Source: a virus
Taxonomy: Duplodnaviria > Caudoviricetes
DNA length: 54,893 nucleotides
Strand: one strand, 5' to 3'
Virus record (IMG/VR): IMGVR_UViG_3300022602_000126
Location: 1 to 54,893 of that record
Shown here in pieces: positions 8,998-17,633 of the stretch. Position numbers and translations under genes: made by a program. Each line of letters starts with the position of its first letter. The stretch's first letter is position 1. The notes below the pieces were generated by a model. That model made no database searches and was not told the DNA's origin. It saw only the letters and a list, made by a program, of their open reading frames with translations.

Positions 8998-9518
8998 TAG
9001 TTGATCCCGCTTAGTTTCTTGATTGCCTCTATATCACTATTTAACTTTTGAGTCTCAGTTTTTACTTTGCTATATTCATCAACACTGCTATTATAATTTT
9101 CGGCAGTCAGTGGAACAATCTGTTCAAAGTTCTCTTCGTTCATCTGCACATAATCGCTGCTCTTGTACCAACGAAATTTCCAATCTTCACGCTTTACGCC
9201 AGTTAAATGATTTAAATCATCTAACATTTCATTGACATATTTGTAAATGCCTGGTCTACGCTGCACTTCAACGAACACAACTCTTTCATTATCACGAATT
9301 TCACCTGTGCTAACATCTGCATCAAGAATGAAATCATAACCATTTTCTAAAAAACTAACCAAATCATTTGCTGGCATAAGGTCTTTAACTTTAAAACTTA
9401 ATGTAACAACATCACTAGCATCACCCATTTTGCTGTTGAACTCATCAATATGAATAGTGTTTGCTACCAAATATTTGAGATCGTTTGCTTGCAAACCTTC
9501 ATTAAGCTGTTTGTTCAT
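8997..9518 (-). CDS. hypothetical protein
   Basis: 173-aa ORF, coupled to neighbours. Confidence 0.8.
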   Translation of the reverse strand: MNKQLNEGLQANDLKYLVANTIHIDEFNSKMGDASDVVTLSFKVKDLMPANDLVSFLENGYDFILDADVSTGEIRDNERVVFVEVQRRPGIYKYVNEMLDDLNHLTGVKREDWKFRWYKSSDYVQMNEENFEQIVPLTAENYNSSVDEYSKVKTETQKLNSDIEAIKKLSGIN

Positions 9519-10053
9519 TTTCTTGTTCCTGTGATTCTGGTTTTTCTTGTTCTTGATCTTTTTGTTTTGTTCCTTGATCAGTTAAACCTTTTTCAATGCT
9601 TGCTTGCAAATCAGCCAAATCAACTTCTTCGCCTGCAATATCAACAGAACCTTGTTTAATATCGCCCATGAGTTTCTTTGGTAATAGCATTTCTACATAC
9701 CAAATTGGAAAATCAACTAATTTACCTTTATGACCGCCTGGTCTAATATCTGCTGGACTGCGAATCTCAACTGGCATTTGAACTTTGTCTTTTTTATAAC
9801 TGATCTTTGCGCCATAAGGCAGCAAACGCTTAGCTGCTGCTGGGTCTGGCATACGATCCAATGGCCACATGAATACACATTTGACCCAATAACGGCTAAT
9901 AATTGGCCCTTCTACTAACTCACCAATACGCCAGTTTGGAAAGGTATAAAAGTCCATGTTATCTAGCACACGTTCAAAATCACAAAGCATGCTGATAGAA
10001 GCATCGCTCATATAAATTTGCTTAATACTTTTTAAATTCTGTTTAATATCCAT
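9502..10053 (-). CDS. hypothetical protein
   Basis: 183-aa ORF with TAAATA box and AGGA upstream. Confidence 0.8.
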   Translation of the reverse strand: MDIKQNLKSIKQIYMSDASISMLCDFERVLDNMDFYTFPNWRIGELVEGPIISRYWVKCVFMWPLDRMPDPAAAKRLLPYGAKISYKKDKVQMPVEIRSPADIRPGGHKGKLVDFPIWYVEMLLPKKLMGDIKQGSVDIAGEEVDLADLQASIEKGLTDQGTKQKDQEQEKPESQEQENEQTA

Positions 10054-10166
10054 TGTGTGACATTCCTAAGATATTTATGTCTAAAATACATATACAACTA
10101 TTACATCATAATGTCATGTTAACAAACTTAAATACTTTTGTGTTACAACCAACACAGGGATATAAA

Positions 10167-10940
10167 ATGCAGCATAAGCGTAAACAGAAGTATAATCAGC
10201 AAATGAATAGTTTTAACAATGGAAACGGAAACTCACAAAAACGAAATTATAATAATGTTATCGAACCAGATCAATTTCAACCTAATAAAAAAAGAAATGT
10301 AGATATAATCCCAAGAAATATTAATCAAGAACACTATCTAGACCTACTAATGGATGATTCAGTAAGTATCATCATCGCAAGCGGACCAGCAGGAACTGGC
10401 AAAACCCTCCTAGCAATGCAAGCCGCAATTAAAGCCCTAAAAAATCGTGATATTGAAAGAATTATCCTTACTCGTCCAGCAGTGGGCGTAGAAGGTGAAC
10501 AACATGGTTTCTTACCTGGTGATTTAAATCAGAAAATGGAACCTTGGACTAAGCCACTGTTTGATGTTCTCCATGAGTACTATAATACTCGTGAAACTCA
10601 ACAAATGGTAGAAAACCACGTTATTGAAATTTGCCCACTTGCATTTATGCGTGGACGCACATTTAAAAATTGCATGATTATCGCTGACGAAATGCAAAAC
10701 GCCACTCCTAACCAAATGAAAATGCTTCTCACTCGTATCGGTGAAGGCAGCAGAATCGTGGTTACAGGCGACGTTAAGCAAACTGACCGCAGTGTTGGTG
10801 AAAATGGTCTATTAGACTTTAATCGTCTCGTAGATAGATTCCAAGATAGCGAATATGTTGGAAGCGTTACATTTACAGGCAGTGACATTGAACGTCATCC
10901 TGCCGTAGAAGAAATTCTTAGAATGTATGGCGATATCTGA
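10167..10940 (+). CDS. phoH: PhoH-family ATPase
   Basis: GPAGTGKT, LTRPAV, GFLPGD, FMRGRTF, DEMQN, TGD..Q.D. Confidence 0.95.
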   Translation: MQHKRKQKYNQQMNSFNNGNGNSQKRNYNNVIEPDQFQPNKKRNVDIIPRNINQEHYLDLLMDDSVSIIIASGPAGTGKTLLAMQAAIKALKNRDIERIILTRPAVGVEGEQHGFLPGDLNQKMEPWTKPLFDVLHEYYNTRETQQMVENHVIEICPLAFMRGRTFKNCMIIADEMQNATPNQMKMLLTRIGEGSRIVVTGDVKQTDRSVGENGLLDFNRLVDRFQDSEYVGSVTFTGSDIERHPAVEEILRMYGDI

Positions 10941-10947
10941 TTATTTT

Positions 10948-10974
10948 AGGGGCAGAGAAATCTGCCCCTTTTTT
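10948..10974 (+). terminator. Rho-independent terminator
   Basis: AGGGGCAGA-GAAA-TCTGCCCCT followed by T-run, between convergent genes. Confidence 0.85.
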
Positions 10975-11563
10975 AATTTACTCTAACTTTAGATTCTACA
11001 AAATTATAAGAAGAATTGTCTGTGCCATAACTTGAATCAATTTCCAATAATGGTGTTGAAGTTGATGATAAGATATTACCTGGATAATTTACAACCATAG
11101 ATGCACTTGAATTTTTAATTTCTAATGGCCAGAATACTTCATTTAAATTTGAAAAATTTTCAAAATCACAACTAATTTCATTTCCGTCAACTGTTGCAGA
11201 TGTCCAAGTCCAAATATTTGGATTTATATAAAAATATCCCTGTGGTTCGCCTTTTTCTGATATATTATTGTTCCACCATAAATCAGGAGAAGCACTGCTA
11301 GAAATAATTCCAAAAATAGAAACTTTTATTTCATCAGTACTGTCATTACTTGGCTTATTTTTATAAACAATTTCTAAATTATTTTGTGAATTGAAATCAC
11401 TAGTTATAAATGATAATTCATCGCCAATGCCATTTGTATTAAGAGCAGTGGTTATAGTATGCGATGAGATTACAATATTGCCGTTCCACAGTACATCAAT
11501 AACAGGATTATTTCCAGTTGTATCACCCTGTTGTAACAATAAATTTATTTTATAATCCATCAT
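10973..11563 (-). CDS. hypothetical protein
   Basis: 196-aa N/S-rich ORF, TAAATA upstream. Confidence 0.7.
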   Translation of the reverse strand: MMDYKINLLLQQGDTTGNNPVIDVLWNGNIVISSHTITTALNTNGIGDELSFITSDFNSQNNLEIVYKNKPSNDSTDEIKVSIFGIISSSASPDLWWNNNISEKGEPQGYFYINPNIWTWTSATVDGNEISCDFENFSNLNEVFWPLEIKNSSASMVVNYPGNILSSTSTPLLEIDSSYGTDNSSYNFVESKVRVN

Positions 11564-11587
11564 AATACCCCATATAGAGTATTTATT

Positions 11588-11941
11588 CTAATTTCCTCGA
11601 CTCAATATCTTGAGTAATCGCCAAGTGGTATAAGCATCTTTTACAGATTCATTTTCATGTTTTAAATCTTTGGCCCAACTGGTTTCTTGAATCCAACCAC
11701 CGTCTTTGCCTTGACCTTTGTATATTGCCCATGCTTCTGGAAGATACTGTTCATACCAAGTATCTTCATTGTTATCATCTCTTGTCATACCAAAGAAAGC
11801 ATTGCCATCCATTATAGCCATAACTTCGGCTATTGGTCGCAACAGGTTTTTTTCTTTTTGTGTAAACTTTTTCTTTGTAAGTTTTTGGTTATAGTTTTGC
11901 CAAAACCAATGCAAAAAAGTATCAGGCTCACTGCGATTCAT
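11588..11941 (-). CDS. hypothetical protein
   Basis: 117-aa ORF coupled to clamp loader stop. Confidence 0.75.
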   Translation of the reverse strand: MNRSEPDTFLHWFWQNYNQKLTKKKFTQKEKNLLRPIAEVMAIMDGNAFFGMTRDDNNEDTWYEQYLPEAWAIYKGQGKDGGWIQETSWAKDLKHENESVKDAYTTWRLLKILSRGN

Positions 11942-12864
11942 TACAACTCCGCCAATTCGCAGAAAGTAGCACTTAGATTGATTTCAGCATCTGCGACCAT
12001 AGAATGATTTACTAATCCATTGCGAATGATAACAATGGCTTTATCCTGTGCTTCATCGCTACTTGCAAACAAATCAAGATTATCATACATCCAACGAAAC
12101 ACTTCTTCCATTTCATCTGGACGAACCTGACTACAAATTAGCTTGCGGGCTTCACGAATCTTCTTTGCTTTGAACAATTCAACTGCTTGAAGACGATAAT
12201 CGCTGCTGTTCTGCGATCCTTGTGAGATAGCTTGCAAAGTTCCACTGTTACACCCACTTTGTAGAGTATTAATACATTTGCGCAAATCTGGATACTGTGC
12301 GCTAACATAGGTATCTAAAACATCCAGTTCAAAGAGTATATTTTCTTCAACAAGAATTGTTGCTGCACGAGCAGTAAATTCTGTCTTATCAAGTTTCTCA
12401 ATGTGGAAACCCTGACAACGACTATGCAACGCTGGAATAATCTTATTAGGATAATTGCAAGTCATGATAAAGCGAGCAGTGCTGCTATAAGTCTCCATCA
12501 ACCCACGCAGCACTGCTTGTGCGTTAGGCGACAGATAATCTGCCTCATCCAGCAGCACTACCTTAAACTCACCAAATGGCATTGTGGATACAAATCCTTC
12601 AATGCGGTCACGGATAAAATCTACACCATTATCTCTTGACGCATTGATTTGCATCACATCATAATCTTCTACGCCAAGATCATTTATAAGAACCTTAGCA
12701 AGCGTTGTTTTACCTGTGCCTGGTCCACCACTGAATAGCAGATGTGGAATATTCTTCTCATTCACCCATTGAAGAACTTGGTGCTGTTGGGCATCATCAC
12801 GCCAAACATAATCGCTTACCGTGTGAGGACGGTATCGTTCTGTCCAAAGATAATTTGTAATCAT
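11941..12864 (-). CDS. sliding-clamp loader AAA+ subunit (RFC small / T4 gp44-like)
   Basis: LWTERYRP, GGPGTGKT, INAS, LDEAD, SRC motifs. Confidence 0.92.
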   Translation of the reverse strand: MITNYLWTERYRPHTVSDYVWRDDAQQHQVLQWVNEKNIPHLLFSGGPGTGKTTLAKVLINDLGVEDYDVMQINASRDNGVDFIRDRIEGFVSTMPFGEFKVVLLDEADYLSPNAQAVLRGLMETYSSTARFIMTCNYPNKIIPALHSRCQGFHIEKLDKTEFTARAATILVEENILFELDVLDTYVSAQYPDLRKCINTLQSGCNSGTLQAISQGSQNSSDYRLQAVELFKAKKIREARKLICSQVRPDEMEEVFRWMYDNLDLFASSDEAQDKAIVIIRNGLVNHSMVADAEINLSATFCELAEL

Positions 12865-12870
12865 AGGATT

Positions 12871-12899
12871 ATACTAACATAAGGTTAGAGGAATGTCAA
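12871..12899 (-). promoter_or_regulatory. sigma70-like promoter (apparently leaderless)
   Basis: TTGACA-N17-TAGTAT-N6-ATG. Confidence 0.6.
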
Positions 12900-12904
12900 T
12901 TATT

Positions 12905-13300
12905 TTAGTAAGTTGGATTGATACCAAAAGTTAAATCTTCTGTTGGCATTTCATCACTGCTCATAAGAATATCTTTTGGATCAACAAGACGAACAGTTGT
13001 AGTTTCACCGTTTTCATCTGTCATGTCAAGTCCACGTGTCCAACGACCATGTGCAACAAGGATATATTCACCTGGTTTTACATCTTCTTGCTTTGGTCCA
13101 ATTGCTACTACTTGTGACCAACGAGGACGAATACCTTGTCCTTTCTTATCGTCATCAAGAATAATGATGCCGCCAAGTGTCATACGTTCACCAAAATCCA
13201 TGTCTTTGACAAGAACATTGTTCTTGGTTGGTTGAATTTTGCGATAGTCAGTGTGATAATGAAGTCCACTGCTGCGTGGACCAATGAGATTGGTTTTCAT
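12905..13300 (-). CDS. groES: GroES-like co-chaperonin
   Basis: P....VLV, T.GGII, VVAIGP...DVKPGE pattern. Confidence 0.8.
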   Translation of the reverse strand: MKTNLIGPRSSGLHYHTDYRKIQPTKNNVLVKDMDFGERMTLGGIIILDDDKKGQGIRPRWSQVVAIGPKQEDVKPGEYILVAHGRWTRGLDMTDENGETTTVRLVDPKDILMSSDEMPTEDLTFGINPTY

Positions 13301-13713
13301 ATTCTTCTTCTTTGCGCTCTTAAAATATCTGCTAAATCTTGGCTGCGAACAGTTGCATCACTTAACCCACCAGATGTTGATGATGGCGATGTTGGATCAA
13401 CTGTCTCTGCATTTTGTTGTGATTCAATAATGTTATCAAATCCATTATCAACAGGTTGTTCAAAAATATCGGCTACCGCAGCAGCATTTGCTTCATCAGA
13501 ATTATTATAAACAGTGTTATTGCTTAGCGGCGAACCCTTTTGATTATTATAATGTTGTGTCATTAACTGATCGCGAGTCATTACGATTTCTCCACCTTGC
13601 CCAAGTATATCACCACGCGCATTTTGTCTACTATTGCCAACGGCGATAGTTCTTTCTTGTTGAATTTTTAGCGCGTTCATGTCTAAAAATTTACCATTTG
13701 CAGTTCGATGCAT
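13297..13713 (-). CDS. hypothetical protein
   Basis: 138-aa ORF, AGGAG RBS. Confidence 0.75.
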   Translation of the reverse strand: MHRTANGKFLDMNALKIQQERTIAVGNSRQNARGDILGQGGEIVMTRDQLMTQHYNNQKGSPLSNNTVYNNSDEANAAAVADIFEQPVDNGFDNIIESQQNAETVDPTSPSSTSGGLSDATVRSQDLADILRAQRRRI

Positions 13714-13734
13714 CTATTATTACTCCTACGGTAT

Positions 13735-14250
13735 TTACCGCATAAATTCATTGAAGTCTAAATTTTGTCTTAAACTATGTATTCTATGGACACCAATCAA
13801 GTATAAAACAAAGCTTGCCACACTTGATCCACGACCAACTCCCCATACTACACTATTCTTGCGCATGGTGTCAACAAGATATTTTAAGTATTGAAGCAAT
13901 GGCAATAAATCTCGGTCAGCATATTCCATTAGTTCTTGACCAGCACGTTGCAGTTCATTTTGATCTGCACACTGATCTAATATCCACTTGGCAATATCTA
14001 AATCTTTATATTCCTGTGGCATAAACCATTCTTGTTGGTTGCTAGCATGATAATTTTCCACCGTGCCATTTAAGGTTGCTAACTTTTTTAATGGTTGATA
14101 ATCAATATATAAACTTTTGATAGCAGAATTATACTTTTCTGGATTGGTAATAGCAATATCATCAACCACAAGTTGCGGATTTGTATAAAACAAATCCGCT
14201 AACTCGTTATCGCTGATTATGCTACGCCCATATTCGTCAGTTTTTATCAC
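13735..14250 (-). CDS. DNA polymerase III alpha-like stand-alone fragment
   Basis: WGVGRGSSVASFVLYLIG motif of DnaE palm region; ends before the catalytic PDxDxD. Confidence 0.8.
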   Translation of the reverse strand: MIKTDEYGRSIISDNELADLFYTNPQLVVDDIAITNPEKYNSAIKSLYIDYQPLKKLATLNGTVENYHASNQQEWFMPQEYKDLDIAKWILDQCADQNELQRAGQELMEYADRDLLPLLQYLKYLVDTMRKNSVVWGVGRGSSVASFVLYLIGVHRIHSLRQNLDFNEFMR

Positions 14251-14890
14251 CCTTGATAACCTCTGGCTTCCATTTTTTTAGTGGAATAATATTGTTTTCC
14301 GTATTTTTCTTAGATATTTTAACAGGTTTCTTCTCCCATTGCAATATTTCTGGCCATTCGTTTTCATCAGCTAGCACTATAAATTCTTTATTCTTTTTGG
14401 TTGGAATATCCCAAGTAGTGGGGGTTGCTCTAAACCACCATGCTGGTTTATCCCAAGTTTTCATTGCCAAATCATCCATGATTTCATCATTTGTTACAAT
14501 ATCTTCGTCAACATTTAAGGCAATGTCATCGCTTTTATCGCAGCTAACAGAGATATATTCAAGCGTCATTCGTCCCTGAGTGATGCTTAAAATTTTATAC
14601 CAAGTAACTACACCAATGATAAAATTATTTGGTTGATATGGAAGTGTTATAATTCTAGATTTAAATTTTTTATTAAAGACAGGAAGTAATGGATTATCGA
14701 CATTGACAAAAATTGCATCTTGATATAAATCTTTTATCAAGCTGCGAACTCTGCCAAATGCTACATGAGGATCACCGTCGTTTATTGATTCATCATTGAA
14801 GCCAATACTAATAGTATAATTGCATGGTTCTAGAAAATCTTTAAAACAGTTAATAGCGGTAAAGTTTACATTCCAACTAACTTCACTCAT
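14237..14890 (-). CDS. hypothetical protein
   Basis: 217-aa ORF, overlapping starts/stops. Confidence 0.75.
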   Translation of the reverse strand: MSEVSWNVNFTAINCFKDFLEPCNYTISIGFNDESINDGDPHVAFGRVRSLIKDLYQDAIFVNVDNPLLPVFNKKFKSRIITLPYQPNNFIIGVVTWYKILSITQGRMTLEYISVSCDKSDDIALNVDEDIVTNDEIMDDLAMKTWDKPAWWFRATPTTWDIPTKKNKEFIVLADENEWPEILQWEKKPVKISKKNTENNIIPLKKWKPEVIKGDKN

Positions 14891-15120
14891 CCGACATCCA
14901 AACTATCTTTGAAAATCGGATTTTCTTTTGCAGCGGCTGCTTCTTGTTGATACCGCTTATTGATTTCTTCTTGATAGGTGTCTAAAACGCTTCGCATCTG
15001 AGGTATCATATGATTGTGTCCCATACGAGCAGCCCATGCCATTTTCTTGTGTATGTCATTAGTTGTTTTTAACAACTCATCCAATGTTTTTCCTGTTAAG
15101 TCACCTATCATTGGATGCAT
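14887..15120 (-). CDS. hypothetical protein
   Basis: 77-aa coupled ORF. Confidence 0.7.
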   Translation of the reverse strand: MHPMIGDLTGKTLDELLKTTNDIHKKMAWAARMGHNHMIPQMRSVLDTYQEEINKRYQQEAAAAKENPIFKDSLDVG

Positions 15121-15536
15121 TATAGATCACCCTTCTTGCGGTTTTCACTGTGCCAAGCATCAAAAGTGCCGCCTGGATAGCGAGACTCTAACTTCTTGAC
15201 ATTCTCATTGATAACATCATTTGGATCAAGCCCAAGTGCAGTGCAGGCATTAACCCAATACCACATAATATCGCCTAACTCTCGCTTCATATGAAATACA
15301 TTTTCTGCATTAAGTGGCTTGCCTTGAAAGAACATCTTCTTGATGATCTCGTTAAATTCACCGCTTTCAGCACTTAACCCCATGCCAGCAGTAAGAAGCA
15401 AGGCTGGATTAATCTTGGTTTTATCTTCTTGATATTGACTAAGCTGCTCAAAGCGTTCGCTAAAAGCATACTCGTGTTTACTTGGTTCGCTTGTTACTGC
15501 GCTTACAAATTCTTGATATAGTTTTAAATCAGTCAT
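15120..15536 (-). CDS. mazG: MazG-like nucleotide pyrophosphohydrolase
   Basis: GL.AESGEF.EIIKK...ELGDIMWY...N..KL..RYP. Confidence 0.88.
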   Translation of the reverse strand: MTDLKLYQEFVSAVTSEPSKHEYAFSERFEQLSQYQEDKTKINPALLLTAGMGLSAESGEFNEIIKKMFFQGKPLNAENVFHMKRELGDIMWYWVNACTALGLDPNDVINENVKKLESRYPGGTFDAWHSENRKKGDL

Positions 15537-15585
15537 AAAAATGCTCCTGATATAATATATCTATTATTAAATCAGGAGTCAATAA

Positions 15586-16494
15586 TTAAAGTTGTGTCTT
15601 GAACCACTGATTTACAGTTGGATTGCGAGGCGCACCAATGAAAGTATAACCAAGATGTTGGCCAGCAGTCAATGATGTAACATTGCCGTTGATAACATTG
15701 CCAGCGACCAAATAAAGATTGCTAACATTAACATTCGCACTGATAGCTAGATACTGACCATCAATTGGATAGCTAGGGAATGAAACCGCAACATTAGATA
15801 GCGCACCAGTAGAACCATTGTCTAAGATCAACTTACTTACGACAGTAACATTTGCTGTGTTTGTAGTGCTTGCACCATTACTAATGTTTGCATAGTAATA
15901 ATCTGGATTCATACGAGGACGGCTAAGAGGGAAGATAGTATAAGTTGAGCCACCATCATCACTGATGATTTCATACCAATAATAACCTACGCCACTTTGA
16001 GTATAACCAATGCTATTGTTTGTTTGGTTATAATCTTGCAGATACTGTGTGCCATAAATTAAGCCAGAAGGCCAAATTACACGATGAGCAGTGTTGGTTA
16101 CATAAATTCTTACACGAATACGACCAGCGGTACCAGCGGCTGGAAAGTTAGTGAACGCAATCTGAATAGTTCCGTTTGTCTGAACTCTTTGATAATGACC
16201 ACGAGTATGATCAAGAGTTACGTTTGTGGAAATAATACCATTGTCATATTCTGTTTCGCGGAAATCTTGAATCTGCGCACTGGTAAGAAGCGTACCAGCC
16301 ATGTTATTGTTAAGCGTCGTGCCAGTCAATGCACTCTTAACAATTACCTTTGATTGCAAATCGCTTAATTCACTTGATGTAAACGTGAAGTTATTTTTAA
16401 TGTTTGTAAAGTTATCACGGAATCCTTGGCTGTCGTTATCTACGCCTGCTACTGGATATGCACCATTGATATTATTTGGGTTTACGTTACTCAT
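15586..16494 (-). CDS. putative virion structural protein
   Basis: YPVAG.DNDSQGFRDNF N-terminus, N/T-rich beta composition. Confidence 0.6.
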   Translation of the reverse strand: MSNVNPNNINGAYPVAGVDNDSQGFRDNFTNIKNNFTFTSSELSDLQSKVIVKSALTGTTLNNNMAGTLLTSAQIQDFRETEYDNGIISTNVTLDHTRGHYQRVQTNGTIQIAFTNFPAAGTAGRIRVRIYVTNTAHRVIWPSGLIYGTQYLQDYNQTNNSIGYTQSGVGYYWYEIISDDGGSTYTIFPLSRPRMNPDYYYANISNGASTTNTANVTVVSKLILDNGSTGALSNVAVSFPSYPIDGQYLAISANVNVSNLYLVAGNVINGNVTSLTAGQHLGYTFIGAPRNPTVNQWFKTQL

Positions 16495-16532
16495 TTATGA
16501 TTTCCATGTCTAAAATATTTAGCTGTTATAAG

Positions 16533-17630
16533 TTATTTATTTGTTGAATAAATCACACTTTTTATTTTATCTAATGCTAGTTGAGTCCAGTCGCTATTCA
16601 TTATATGATTATAGTTATGATCTAGCACATCGCTAACAGATGAATAAGCAGTTTGTTGATCCATGTCAGCGAGTTTCAAGATTTGTTCAAACGCCGCAGT
16701 CCATCGTTCTTCATCATTTTCAATAGAATCATAGCTTTCATCTATAATACTATCAAATGTTTTGAACCCTAGATTTCTAAGATTTTCTAACATCTTCCAT
16801 CCACTAAACATAATAAAGATTCGTTTTGCTATAAGTGGCTTGGCTGTTTTTTCAGTATAAAAACTATAATTATTTTTGTATCCTGTTTCCGCCACTAGAC
16901 TATAAGCTGTATCATTATAAATGTTGATAGGAATTATTCTACTTAAACCGATATCAACGCCTTCGTATTGGCAAAATTGTTCGGTTCCAGCTTTACCTAC
17001 AAGTGGTGCTGTAATATTTGGCTCCCATACAAAATCGTCCCAAAAATTTTTATAATCTGGACCAGATACCGATTGTTGGTAAGACAAAATACAATTGTTT
17101 TTTAAATTATTGTCAATAATTTTATAATATATAAAATCACGATGCTTACGGGGTTGACCTAACAATGCATCAAAAAATAATGGTTTTTTGCGTGTTGTAT
17201 CTAGTTATAGTAGCTTATCTTTTAAAGATTGGCAATAGGGGTTTACTGTAATTTCAAAAAAATACATCCACGGAATTATATTGCTATTATATCTACTATC
17301 GTTAATAAAACCACTTGTTACCCAATAAACATTATCTTTGTGGCATTTTTGATATATGTCAAAATAAAAATCATGCATCTCAGTATCAAAAGAAAATACT
17401 AAACGACTGATAGAACTAAGTTTGTTTATATAATCAGCAAATAAATCATTATCATGAATCATCGGATTATCATAATCAAACGCTCGACCTTTTGTAAAAG
17501 CAATCTTGTTACTAGAATCTTTTGCAATAAATTCTTCTAAATTATTACAAATTTCATATGGTTCTTGCAGCGCAAGTTTTCTTATCCAATGATCCATTGC
17601 ATGGTAGTCACTAAAAATTAACATTCCCAA
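16533..17630 (-). pseudogene. single reading frame interrupted by one in-frame TAA at 17205-17207 (glycosyltransferase-like hypothetical)
   Basis: ORFs 17205-17630 and 16533-17165 are in the same frame; reads DKLL*LDTTRKKPLFFDALLG; C-part has ET...TEKTAKP motif. Confidence 0.6.
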
Positions 17631-17633
17631 TAC

